Assembly (NCBI GenBank): GCA_964016885.1
Contig: OZ024740.1
Span: 369,892,001 to 369,956,000, forward strand
DNA from: Eledone cirrhosa
Taxonomy: Eukaryota
DNA: 64,000 nucleotides
Direction of reading: 5' to 3'
The notes beneath the pieces are model-generated. The model saw only the letters and a program-made list of their open reading frames with translations. It was not told where the DNA came from and made no database searches. The position numbers were made by a program, and so were the translations under genes. Below, in pieces: positions 25,831 to 39,400 of this stretch; position 1 is the first letter of the stretch; each line of letters starts with the position of its first letter.

Positions 25831-26367
25831 TGCAACCACAAACTAAAAGCTAAATTCTCTCACTATAAAATAACTTAACATTCGAACCCGTAACTACAAC
25901 ACCACTTTCTAGCTAACAACCTTCTCTTCCCCCCCACACTACAAGACAATACACTGCTTATCACTATACATGGTAACTCAGTACAACTCCTAGAATACTA
26001 CTACAAAACCAAAAGTTCACTCACCACACATATTTATCTGTCCCCTCTCTACCTATATATCTCTCTCTACATCCATTACACTCTCTCTCTCTCACCTTTG
26101 ACCTACCTCCCTCTCAACATTTATGAACCTGCCCTCTGGGGCAATAAATAATTCCGACCTCAACTATCTACGCATCTCTCCAAAAGTAACTAATAAAACC
26201 CCTACCATAACATTTTGATTAAGACATCTACAAGCCACTCTCTCCTACTTCTCCAACCCCTGCATATCTTTCTTTCTCTCTCCTTCCCTACTTTTCTCTC
26301 TTCCTGTTCCACTCTATCTTCCCCAACAACCCCACTTAAGGGTTTTTACATTGTATATTTACCATTC

Positions 26368-26479
26368 TGCTCTGAGGAAACAGTGGTCACAGCATTGGAT
26401 ATTCGAGTTCTGCAAATACTTGTGAATTTGCACGTAGCGGAACTAGGCTGCAGCACCACCGTGGAAACACTTGTAAGCA
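26368..26479 (+). ncRNA. pLTR hammerhead of the Naiad PLE, with a branched stem II
   Basis: TGCT CTGAGGA AACAGTGGT...ACCACCGTG GAAA CACTTGTA AGCA. Inner helices CAGC/GCTG, AGTTCTGC/GCGGAACT and TGCAAAT/ATTTGCA. Confidence 0.75.
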
Positions 26480-26526
26480 CACGGAATAAACTACCTTTTT
26501 ATGATGTCTACCTGTTATTATTCATT

Positions 26527-26598
<72 letters not shown>

Positions 26599-26799
26599 TA
26601 TAACAAGTTATCGTTATAGGTGATCCACTTAGAGGTATTCCGGTTAGAGTACTCCGTGTTGTCAATGTTTTTAACGTGTGCTTAGTTTGACTCAACAAAA
26701 TGCTTCCATAATGGCTGTACATTAAGGGCTTTATTCAAGTTGATCTGTTGCGTCTAGAGTTCGTTAATCGCTTGATGCTGCGTCAATCGATCTCTAACC

Positions 26800-28360
26800 C
26801 AATGCAACGATACATTTAACCTTAAGGATCACAAAAATAATTTTGAAACAAATTCTACAATTCGATTAGTATGCCCATCTAAGTCAGATATCGGTAAAAT
26901 TAGCAAATATATTCTAGATAGGGTAATCGCACAAATTAAGGGCAAACTAGTAATCAGCCTATGGGGTAACACTAACGAAGCAATAGAATTGTTTAGTAAA
27001 ATAAAATACAGAGAAACATACAACTTCATACAATTCGACATAAATGACTACTACTCTTGCATTTCGCCAGTCACCCTAGATAAAGCGCTAACCTTTGCTC
27101 AAAATAATTCGGACCTTACCTCAGACGAAATTAAAATAATACTAGCTGCTAGAAGGACTATCATAAAATTCGAAAATAGCTACTGGGAAAGAAAAATAGA
27201 CAGAATAGCTTCGATATCACATGGGATCGAACGACTCAGCGCAAATAACGGACGTTCTGGGGATATTAATAGCGCACAACTTACATAAAAATTCAATAAC
27301 CTCCAAGGAGGAATTTATAGAGACGGTACGCTCTTTATAGCTAAAAACTTAAATAATCAGAACATGGAAAGATTACGAAAAAATATTAGAATATTCTTCA
27401 AAAAACTAGGCCTAGATATCAGTTTCGAACTTAATTTTAAAAAACAAATTTCTTAGACGTAACTCTAAACTTAAACACAGGATTAATCGAACCCTTCCAT
27501 AAAAATAATGAAATTGTAGCCTATATTAGTTACAACTCAAACCACCCCCGATACATAATTAACTCCATAGCACATAGTATATCCCTTAGAACATCCCACC
27601 TATCTTCAAACCCGGAAATTGTTAAGGAACATGCTAACTATTATAATGCAGCATTACATAAGGCTGGACATAATGAAAAGCTACAGTATATAATAGATAG
27701 GGACATCAACCAACCCGATAACACAAACACTATCCGTTCATATAGAAATAAAAAGCATAGGACTAAGCATAGAACTAGAGAACTAGCACCAATAATAGGA
27801 GAACCGAGCACTAATAATAGAAAACCCACAAAACTATAGAAGATCCAGAGAAAGAAAGTACCTATCGTTCAATCCGATTTTCAACTCATCTATAAAACTA
27901 AACTACCTTCTAGGTAGTTTTTTTTAAACTAATAGATAAACACTTCCCTACACTACATAGATACCATAAAATCTTCAATAGAAAAACTATAAAACTTCCA
28001 TACTCTACTGCAGCCAACATAGAATCGCACATACGTAAGATCAACCACAAAAATATATGCGCACCATAGCACCAAATACAAAACACAAACACATAGCAAC
28101 ATAACAACCACAAACGCATCTGAACACAACACAGCAAAACATCAATAGGCCTAAATCGCAACCCACACAACAACTTACAAAACCGCAACGAGGAAACTGC
28201 ACAGAATAGCACCTTAAACTGCAATTGCCACCTACTAGATAAGTGCCCATTACGGAATAGATGCCTGGATTCTAGCATGGTGTACCTGTGTACTGTAAAT
28301 TCGGACAATTCCACTTGGCACTACAGAGGATCCACAGCGGGGGAATTTAAAAAAAGGTAA
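26800..28360 (+). pseudogene. Decayed second Naiad-type PLE ORF
   Basis: FNLKDH, IRLVCPSKSDIGKISK, FIQFDINDYY and CNCHLLDKCPLRNRC, collinear with 23572-25830. Many frameshifts. Confidence 0.88.
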
Positions 28361-28685
28361 TGTACTCATGAGGACACACAATCATGGACCGAAATTCAGC
28401 GTAAAGCTATTCTAGATTCCTAAGAAACGTAGAGCAGTTTATTAGTATAACAATGGCGAACGACACTAATTTAAGTGTAACAATTCTATTTCAATTAAAA
28501 TATAAAGCCGATATTCCATAAATCTCTGAAGAGTATCATAAAGCAACGCATTTATTACATTTTTCGCAGTAAGATGGGAAATGTGTTGTCTGCAAATCAA
28601 TGAGTACAAACTAATACATATTAAAATGTGTAGTGTTTTTCTAGTAATCACGTCGGAGTTTACACTTAGTCAGATATATGCGCAG

Positions 28686-28688
<3 letters not shown>

Positions 28689-28781
<93 letters not shown>
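28689..28781. repeat. (CA)n microsatellite
   Basis: Direct read. Confidence 0.97.
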
Positions 28782-28784
<3 letters not shown>

Positions 28785-30049
28785 CACGCACGAATGCACA
28801 CATATACAGTTATATATAATAGCCGGGTTATTAATTTGTATTATCAAAAAATATAAAATTTCTGGGGAAATAATTTAATATTGTTAATAGCGTCAAATTT
28901 ATTGTACATGAGATTAAATTAGACTTTGAATTAAGCCAGGCGGACTGTACATGCCGGGCTTAATATACAAAATATATCGATATCTATAGAAGAGACTTTA
29001 TAAAAGTAAATGCAGTGGGGCTTAACATATGTGAAAAGATATTGGTAAATTTGATTTACTTTCAGATAATTGGTAGTAAAAGGAATTTTACTTTATGGAT
29101 TCTGACATATATCAGGAAAAATAAGATATTGAATTCAAGTCTGATTCTTGTGTGCTGTTACATTAGCCGTACGATGTATAAATATTTTGTAAATAAAAAT
29201 AACAATATATGTGTGTGTGTATTGAAAACTATTCTTGAATATACATTGTGCAGTATATATTCAGTGTATATTGTCTTCTTGTACTAATTGTGTATATTCG
29301 AGAGGCAATTGCCCAAACTCATTAGACACGATATTCATAAGTGTTACTCTGTCACCAGTAATGATTTCTATCATCTGTAAAAAGTTGTTATAAATTTCAA
29401 AAGTATTACTTAAAACAGTTATCATGGCTACTTGTTCCCATAAGCAGTAGTGAATGCCTCTGCATATAATATAGCATGGCAGAATAGTCATTGAAAACGT
29501 AAAGGAATGTATGATGAAAGATTTTTCCAAGTGAATACTGAAATTGAATCCTGGTTATCTAACTGGTAATAACACATTAACTGGTACATGTGCTTTGTTG
29601 AAGGCATGGCCCTCACAAAATATAGCAAAATCTATTTTGAACACACGATCTTACATCAGGAATCTTGCAAACCAATACAAAAACGGAAATACATATAATA
29701 TATATATAACAGGTTTGTTATATATATATGTATATGTATATATATATATGTATAATTATGTCATTTATTTTGTCTGACCTATATAGCTTGACCTGTTTTG
29801 GGGGCTTAGGTGGTCTATAGCTTCTTGACCGCCTTCTCAGTTTGTATGGCCTTTATAACATATGTTTATTGCTATAGTCTTTCAGACTATGGAGCGCTTG
29901 CGAGCAAGACTCGGGACTTGCGTTACGTTTCGTATTTTCTACTCGCCGAAATGCGATTCTCGCTGAATTTATATTTATAATATATATATATATATATAAT
30001 GAAAATAAAAGTTACGGGGGGAAAAGGATAATACCCACCGTCATATTAT

Positions 30050-30104
<55 letters not shown>

Positions 30105-30380
30105 TTCATTTATTAGCTACAAGGGCCGACATGTAGGGGACAATACAAAGACAGGGACAGTGGGGGTTTACAATAAGGTCGAGTAAAAGTGCACAATGGC
30201 AAGACTAATTTAACAATGAAAAAAATAAAAATATAAAATAAACTATGCATAAATATAACAAAATAAATTCCCCGATAGGAGTGGACAACCCTGGGGTGAC
30301 TCGGGTACCCCACCAATCCTGCACCACCCTGCGCTTCTAGGTCACCCAGGGAGAGCACCCCTCTCCTCAAGTTAGCTAGC

Positions 30381-33155
30381 TTATAGGCGCATGGTCAGAG
30401 TAGGCCCATTCACACGAGCCATTCTCGCCACATTCACCCACCTTTTAGCAAATGTATTGGGGGGAAGCACTTCTCTCTCCACCCTCACCTTCCTTTCCAG
30501 GTGCAACTTGAAGAAGATTGGCCGAAGAGAAAAGTGTCTGTCTTCAGTCCTTTTAACCTCGTCCACCATATAACCTCTTTCGCAACTCCACAGGACAGAG
30601 GAAAAATGTCCTGCTCTTCCTGGCCTAAGGAAGGCGGTGGATCGATCTTCACTATGGACTCGGCCGATAGCCGGATTCGTTCCACACGCGGGTGTTGACA
30701 GCAGATGGACCGCCTGACCATCGGAGCGCGTCCATTTCACAAAAAGCGAAAGAGCAAACGCTCCAGCGCAGTTAGGCGGGGCTTAGGATAAGGTACGACG
30801 GTCAGGCGGTAGTAGATGACGGACGCGATGTACGCGTTAGCCACCTCCGGTCGACCTTTCATGGATAGCTTCCTCTCCGCCCATTTCTGGGTGAGAGAAG
30901 ACACCCTGCTCGTCACCTCGTCCCAGTTTTTGTCCGTCTGGAGGTCCGGACCGAACCAGACCCTTAGCAATTTAACCGGTCCTTCCGTCCGGCGCTCGAC
31001 GACGCTATTGGACGGCATGGACCTGCCTCTCCGGGTGCCGAGCTGCAGGCCCACTGACTTTACCTGGTTGATCATTGCCCCTGTCACCGCTTCGTATTCT
31101 CTTAGTGTAGTGCCGATCGCCTCGATGTGTTTGGCGTTCGACACCACTACGGTGACATCGTCCGCATATGCTGACACGGATCTTCCGCATCCTCGTTGGC
31201 GCGGTACCCTCCTTAACGTCTCCAGTTTGTGCAGTAATGGCTAGAGAGTCAATACGTACAAGAGGTACGAGATGGGACATCCTTGGCGGACCGAGCGCAT
31301 GATGTTGAACGGTTCCGAAAGGTGACCGTTCACTCTCACCACAGAGCAGATGTCGCTGTGCATAGCAGCGATCCAGCCTCTGAAGACGGGCCCAAAGCCA
31401 GCCGGCCTCAGGAGTGCCGCTAGGTAACGATGGTCGACCCTATCGAAAGCTTTCGACTGATCTAAATTGATCAAGGACCCACCCGTGCCAGGTTCCCTAG
31501 CTACCGTCTCTACGATGTATCAAATGAGGTGGAGGTTATCGTGGATGGATCTGTCGGGAATGGCGCATGTCTGCGCCTCTCCCACCAGACGACCAACGAC
31601 CAGCGCCTAGAATTATCTATGTTATCCCCCTTTTTCGGATCCACTCTCAGCAGCGCCACAGCTCCTCGGCTCACGGAGCTGGGAATTCTCCCGTTCTGTC
31701 GCCAGTTGCAGTAGACGTCCGCCAAGAGGCTTCCGAACAAGTATGGCATTTGTACGAAAAGTTCATAGAACAGACCATCCAAACCAGGCGATTTACACCT
31801 TGTGCACCAGTCATTGCCTCCCTTACTTAAGCGGCTGTTATCGGCTTTTCGCAACACTCCGCCCCAGTGGCCGAGAGCCGCGGCTGTCCGTGGAGGTAGA
31901 CACTAAAGTTCATCCCTCGATCCGGGCCGCAGATGCCCCCGAACAGCTGGGCGAAGTGTCGCTGGAAAGCTTCACACATTTGCCCGGGATCGTGTAGCAT
32001 GCGCCCGTCGTGGTCCACCAAAGACCGGATCGTGGCTTGTTGCCACGACGCGCCTCCGCCACTCGGGCCCATTGAACGGCTTTCGTTCCCTCGTGTCTGA
32101 GAGCACGCACCCTAGCTCTGACAACGCAGCCTTCGTGCTTTGCATTGAAGAATTGGTCAAGGGCCAATTTCACCGCAAGCACGTCGGTCGCGATGCCTTT
32201 GCTAAGCGCCTCGTCAAATTTTCTAACTAGTTCTCCCACTGCTCTATTTTTCTCTATTGCTAAAGCCTTACTAAACCTAATGGACTCTATTCTAATCACT
32301 CTTTTCAGAGCAAACCAACACTTGTGGTTGACGCAAGCCCCCGTCGACGCCCGCTTAACTAGTTCGCTAATCCGGTCTCTAGGCCTTGCGCGCTGGTAAG
32401 GAAGCGTTTAGCTTCCAGTAGCCGGGTCCTCGTCTATGAAGCCTATCTCAGTCAAGCACACAGATCACAAATTTGTGGTCCGTGTAGCTGACTATCTTGA
32501 ATTGTGGACAGCCTATGCTAGGCCTATCTATTTCCCTACAAAATACTCTATCTAGATATGATCTGGATGACCCTATGCGATTTGTCCAAGTCCACATTGG
32601 CACATTCGGGAAATCCAATCGGTATCTGTCAGACAGTTCAAAACGCTTGAGCAGGTTGGTGAGGCTCTTGCACCCTCCTCCCCTATCCGCTAATCCCACA
32701 CAGTCCCAGCGTGTATCTAAGATTCCGTTCCAGTCGCCCACTAAACACTAAAGAGCTGGACGTTCCAAGAAAGGTCTCCAGACGCCGGAAGAAATCAGGC
32801 CTCCCTGCTCCTGTCGGGGCAAAGACGGCCACTAGCCTGAAAGCTTGGCCGTCTCCGCTGGTCACGTCCAGCACCACCAACTTACCTTCTGGGTCCAGGA
32901 AGATGGCCCGTATGGCTGATACAAACCTCTACGAAAAAGCACAGCAACTCCACCCTCCGATCCAGGACGGCTGGGAGATGCGTACACATCGTAGCCGCCG
33001 AAGATCGGTGCGAAGGCCCGTGCTTCGGAGATTCTGGTCTCGCTGATGGCCACTACATCTATGTTTAGTGACCTGAGATCGTTGAGCAGGTGGCACTGCT
33101 TCCATGACGACCTCAAGCCACGCGCATTTATGCTGCCTATTCTGAGTGAGGTCAT
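30381..33155 (-). pseudogene. Tx1 ORF2 (APE-RT), disrupted with internal deletions
   Basis: Fragments from 32862-33155 to 30381-30740. Confidence 0.88.
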
Positions 33156-33189
33156 GTTGAAATGGAGTCGAAAAGATGGGAAAGACCAC

Positions 33190-35293
33190 TTACCTTACTT
33201 CTCGTAGAGGAAGGATGGTTTTACCATCCTTTTAACTGCGTGTAGCCTCCTCTGGAAGTATGTCCGTATAAATCCTCCTGGAGAGTGCTTGTCGGAAGTC
33301 TCCGATGTGTTTGGTGAATTTTTGTTTTAGTATCGTGTACGTTTTCTGTGTGATGCGAGTGTTTTGTATGTGTGGAGGTAGTGTGAACTTTCGGGCTGTT
33401 GTGTAGTCTTTTTCTGTGATGCTGGTGTTGTGTTGGATGTAGTGTAATAATTGGTTGTTGTTCAAATTTAATTGTTTCTACTTGAGGCACAAGGCCAGCA
33501 ATTACAGTACATTACTGGTACTTTATTTTATCGACCCCGTAAGGATGAAAGGCAAAGAAAAGCTCGGCCGGTCTTGAACTCAGATCGTAAAGGGACGTAA
33601 ATATGCTGGAAAGCATGGCGTCCGACCCTCTACCGATACTGCCAATCCACGTTCACATTTAATGCTCGGTGTATCGCTTTGGTTGTTTTGTTTTGTTTGC
33701 GTTTGTTGTGGGTTTGTTTCTGTTTCGCTTTTTGGTGACTTTTGTAGTGTTGGTGATGGTGGTGTTGGGGTTAATGACGGTGATGGTGTTGGTGTTTGTG
33801 GTGATGGGGTTGGTGATGCTGGTGTGGATGGTGGCATATATGTCCTAACTTTTTTGTTTGATAGTTTATTTGTTTCCCTCTGTATTTGTTTGTGGAGAGG
33901 GAGGGAATAGAATTTTTTCTTTTTTGGTTTCTTTTTTTCTCTTTTCCTGATACCGTTTCCTACTCCTCGTCGTCACAATCTGTCTCCAGTTGTGATAGGC
34001 CGGGGAGTGGAAAATCCTCCACAGACGTTGGTTTTGGTTGTGGCGTGGTGGATGGTGTAGGCGCTGGTGCTAGTTCTGGCGCGTTTGGTGGTGGTGGTGT
34101 TGGTTTTGCTACTGTTGCTGGGGTGCTGCTGTTACAGTTGCTTCTGTTGTTGCTGCTACAGTTGTTGCTGCCATCTCTGCTGCTGGTGGTGTTGATGGTT
34201 GAGTCACTCTGGTGGGTAAGAGAGGTGGCGTCAACCTTTTAGACTGAGGGCAGAAAGCCCTTAGGTTGGTTCCTTCCCCACAAACGACACACCTAGGCCT
34301 TCTGCCCTCGACGATTTCGGTGAGGTGGCTGCCGTCAGTGAGGTCTATTACCTCTGGGATCTCCTCAATGCTTTTTTGGTCCATTAGGATCAGGAGATCC
34401 ATCCCAGATCTGGACCATTTCTCCTGCTTTTCTTTCGCTATTTCGATTATCTTTGTGTTGGCTTCGATGCCGGCGAGGACGGTAGCTATTAGCCAGGGAA
34501 TTTCGATGGCCAGTGGAACGTGGGTCACCCTGATCTTCAGGAGTCTCTGACCACAATAGCTTGGGACGAGTGTGAAGTCGTCACTTCTTAATGGGGCCAT
34601 AGAGTGTTCTCTGGCCTCCTGTGGTGTTTCAAAGAAGACGTCCAGGGTTCCATATTTCTGCCCACGTCTGATGTGGAGTTTCTTTCCCCACACATGTCCC
34701 AAAGCTTTTTGGATTTGGGACTCGTATGCCCGTTCCACTCGGCGCGATTTTATGTTAATCGTCCGATAAGACACGGTGCATAGGCGCCGATGCCCCATTT
34801 TATTAGGTGTGTGGGGGTTGACCCTGTACCCATCTTCCTTTACCATTTGTTTGGCTTCTTCTAATTCCTCCTGAGTTACCTGGAATGCTTCGCACTGTTT
34901 TGCTACTCTGGCAAAACTCACGGTGGTTTTCTTAATTTCATTGTTGCTGTTGTTGTTATCGTTATTATTGTTATTGTTAATTTTAGTTTCAGTTGTGGTG
35001 GTGGTGGCGTCAGTGGTGTTCGGTTTGGAAGAATTCATTTTGGTTGAATTCATTTCGAAATCACGAGTTAATTTATTTTTTTCTTTTGTTTCTGTTGTCG
35101 CGGTGGTGGTTGGGGTGGCGGCTTTAACACCTGCAGTCATTAGTAATGGCGGGAAATGAATGTCTGCCTGAGACAAATTTAAAATATTGCTACTGCTTAT
35201 ATTTTTAGTGTTGGCAAACGTAGTAATATTTACAATGGTGGTGTCGGTGTGAGGTGTTAATTTGTGAGGAAGGTTTGATTTTGAGTCGTCCAT
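33190..35293 (-). pseudogene. Tx1 ORF1, disrupted and interrupted by a SINE
   Basis: 394-aa ORF 34109-35293 plus downstream pieces. Confidence 0.8.
33473..33650 (-). mobile_element. Octopod-type tRNA SINE with 13-bp TSD
   Basis: A box TGGCAGTATCGG and B box GAGTTCAAGACC. TSD GTTCAAATTTAAT (33460-33472) / GTTCACATTTAAT (33651-33663). Confidence 0.8.
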
Positions 35294-35508
35294 GATTTTT
35301 CAAACAAAAATCTTTGTTTGATAATTATAAAAGTTTAAATTTTGGGGCTCAAGGCCCCAATCTTTTTGAGTGTCCTTTTCAGAAAACAATGTATGTGCAC
35401 TTATATACAGTTAACAATAAAAAGTTTCCATAAATGGCAATTTTAAACAACTGAAAATAACAAACATTTGCGGAGCTCACGATAATACGATTTACTACGT
35501 AGGTCGCC

Positions 35509-35561
<53 letters not shown>

Positions 35562-36445
35562 GGGAAGAAGACGCACCAGGTGACGGAAGGTCATGAAATC
35601 GCTCCCGTAAGTTTTGAAATTTTAACATATTTTTAACATATTTAAATCATTTGTGAAATAACAACTCTTAGTACAAATGCTACGTAAAGCATCCGGCTTA
35701 AGCCCCAAAAAATTCGGACCCAAAATATATTGTTATAAGGCTCAAATATTCAAATATTCAAATTTGTATTGTACATTGTATATTCAAAAAAGAAAATGGC
35801 TATAAATGGAAGAAGAACCCCCCCCCCTCCTCTGTCTACGCTATATAGAACAGCCAAACAACACCAGAAACTAGATACAACACCTACCCCATCACCTCTC
35901 TGTGTACACTAAACACAACAGCCAGATAACGGCAATTTCACCACCACCACTCACTACTGCCATCATTACCACCACTATCCCATCCCCGCCGCCACCACTC
36001 CTTCATTGCTACCACCGCTACAACACCATACAGTAATACGATCACGTCACCACCACCACTGCCTCGGTATCGACATAACCACCACCACTGTCTCAGTATC
36101 GATACCGCCGCTACTGGCTCCCACATCTCCCCGCCGCCACCACTCCTTCAATGCTACCACCACTATTCCCCTGTTAACTTGAGAGAGAAAGGGGAAGGTG
36201 GCGGTATCACTAGCAAAAGATATAAATAGATTGACTTAGTGACCTGGCCAAGGCCAAACGACAATATCAACAAATATGGGACTGCTGGCTCACCCCTTCC
36301 TCACCAACAATATAAAAAGCCCCGGCACCACCACCGACATAGCCAACAACAATAACAGCCAACTACAACAAAAAGTATATTATATTATTGTAATGCACTG
36401 GGTGATTGATGGCCTTGTGCCTGGAGTGGAGACAATTATTAATAA

Positions 36446-39400
36446 TTTCATTCTTAAGCCACGCAATGCTCACATTAAGGAACCACTCATGATAATAACA
36501 ATTTAAAAAAAAAGAACAAATAGAAAACCCCGTGACCAAGAAATACCGGGATGGCGGCCGGCGGGGAATAGCCGTGTCTCTAGGGGAGAACGACCCCTCT
36601 AGTCTTGGTTGACACTCGTTCTAGAAGTGGTAACACGAAATGGTTACCCCTTGGGGATAAGGATAAAACGCGAAAAAATAAAGTAAATGTCTAATGATAA
36701 AATCTCATACCGGATCGGCCGTCACCCGGGTAAAAAAGGGCCGCGTCGCTCAGAGAGGAACCAGACTGGGGTCGAAAAATCAGCTAATGGTTCAAACCTT
36801 CCCATCACTTCGGAGCTGGAGACCTCCCATAACCGGAATACTCCTACTGTTGGCCCTCCATGTTCACCACCAAGAAATCCAAAGAAAAAGAGAGAAAAAT
36901 GGTCAAGGGAAGATAATAAAGAAGTCCTTGAGGCTTTCTACACTGTCATGTACTACCCATCAAATACATCGAATACAGAACAGACATATATCAACTGGAA
37001 AAAGAAACATCCCGAAAACAGAGGCTATATTGACAGTAACAAACTAGCCAATATACGAAGAAATATTGTAAGAAAAAAGTTACTAACTGATATAGAAATT
37101 GATCAGATCAAGCTATTAGCACAAAGTCAGCGAAGGGAAAATGAAACATGTATCAGTGAAAACGAGGTAAACTGTAACACTTCGAATCCCAGGGTTGGGG
37201 CGGAATCACTGGCAACAGAACAAATTAAAGAAAGGATCGAAAAAGTGGAGGGAGTGCATGCTCAGGATGAAACTCCAAATGAAAATAATGAGATCGTAAA
37301 TGATAAGGAAATGAATGAGAATGAACTTGCCAACTTGAAGGATGAAATTATGATCGAATGGATGAAAATGAAAGAATCTGACATGGGGCAACGAGACACC
37401 CTCCCTAAGATCCAGAACTCCAAACAGAAGCAAAAGATAATACACAAGACTAACATAATTCTCAAAAACATTATCATCACAAACAAACTAAACATTACTG
37501 ATTTAAATCATCTCTATTATGCATCGGCTAAAGTCACCACTCACTTATGTGGAGTGAAGATGAAAAAACAAAGGAATTCCCACAAGAAATCTACTTGGCA
37601 AGATAACATCAATCGCCAAATAAACCTTCTCCGATCTGACATAGAAATTTTAACAAACTATAAAGTAGGTGAACATGTTAAACAAACTATACTTAGAAAA
37701 TTGAAAAAAAAGTACAGTATAAAATCAACATGTGACATAGACATGCTGATAGAAATAATCAAGCAAAAAGTGTCGGCCAAAGCTGCTCGTATAAGGCGCT
37801 TTGAAAAACGTTCTAGATTCTATAAGGACAATAATATGTTCAAAAACAACCAAAGAAACTTCTACAGAAAAATTGGTAAGTCAACAATAACTGCTAAATC
37901 AATACCACCCAAGGAGGAAGTGCAAGAATTCTGGGAAAAGATCTGAGCCGAAGAAAAAGTTCATAACATACATGCCCCATGGATAGACAGACAAATGAAA
38001 GATACAGCTCACCTTGAGGAACAAACATGGGAAAATATAACAGTTGAACAGTTGCGCTTGGCTCTAAGAAACACCAGCAAATGGAAATCCCCAGGAAAAG
38101 ACAAAATACAAAACTTTTGGATAAATGCCTTCACAGAGTCTCATGAGCTGTTAGCCCAACTTTACAATGAAATAGTTAAGGAGCCAGAAAAGATACCTTC
38201 ATGGCTAGTTAACGGCATTACATTCCTGCTTCCGAAGAATGATGAGACAAACAATCCCAAAAATTACAGACCGATAACTTACTTGACCACAATGTATAAA
38301 ATTTTAACATCAGTCCTAACTGAATACACATAAGACCACCTGATAACAAATGACCTATTTCCCATTGAGCAGAAAGGGTGTAAACGAGGCTCATATGGCT
38401 GTAAGGATCAGCTTCTGGTTAACAAAACGATACTGGAAGATTGTCATAATAGACACAAAAATCTATCGATTGGTTGGATAGATTATAAAAAAGCATTCGA
38501 TAGTTTGCCACACAGTTGGATTGAAAAATGTTTAGAGATTTTCAAAGTATCCCCCGTTGTCAGGAGGTTTTTGTCATTCAGTATGAAGACATGGAAAACG
38601 ACACTCCTTTTGAATAGTGAAACAAAATCACTGGAAGATGAAGAAGTTGATATTAAATGTCGAATTTTTCAGGGTGACTCTTTATCACCGCGTTTATTCT
38701 GCATCGCACTTATACCATTAAGTAAACTGCTCAATGAAACAAAACATGGATATAAAGTCTATGACAAAACCATTAATCACCTGTTCTACATGGATGACCT
38801 GAAACTATTTGCAAAAAATGATGAACAATTGCAAGGGCTATTATCCACTGTGAAGCTGTTCAGTGATGACATTAAAATGGAGTTTGGACTAGATAAATGC
38901 GCCAAAGCAACGTTCACCAGAGGAAAGCTGCTGAAGAGTTCAGACATTAATCTTGATCGGGGGAACGTGATAAGAGAACTTGATCAAGAAAAAACTTACA
39001 AATATCTAGGTGTTTGTGAAGGAGACGGAATCAAGCACTCGACAATGAGGGAAAGGATAAGGAAGGAATGTTACCGCAGAGTAAGAGCAATCTTAAGAAC
39101 GGAATTGAATGCAAGGAATAGGATCGATGCCATAAACACGCTTGCCATACCAGTAGTAACCTACAGTTACAATTTCATCAACTGGTCAAGCACCGAGATC
39201 CGTAGGCTCGATACAAAAATTCGAAAATTCTTAACCATGCACAGAATGCATGACAGATATAGATAGAATATATCTCCCTAGGAAAGAAGGAGGACGTGGG
39301 TTAATACAGTTAGACATTGCGTTGAAAACTGCAACAATTGGATTATCTACATATCTAAGGGAATCACATGATTGGATGATCAAACTCGTTTTGAAACACG

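Larger units (their letters stand above)
23421..26530 (+). mobile_element. Near-intact Penelope-like element (Naiad-type), flanked by (TA)n
   Basis: 752-aa ORF, pyrimidine-rich 3'UTR, HHR and AATAAA (26485) in the pLTR. (TA)n on both sides. Confidence 0.9.
30103..35507 (-). mobile_element. Full-length decayed Tx1-clade LINE (second subfamily) flanked by (AAT)n
   Basis: ORF1 34109-35293 (CVVC knuckle remnant); ORF2 pieces with GDWN, YLDR, LDQSKAFDRVDH, RQGCP and YADD. (AAT)n at 30081-30102 and 35508-35560. Confidence 0.9.

Noticed and set aside
29790-29970. GC-richer hairpin-containing stretch with a GAAAC on the minus strand
   Set aside because: No ribozyme core or recognisable family.
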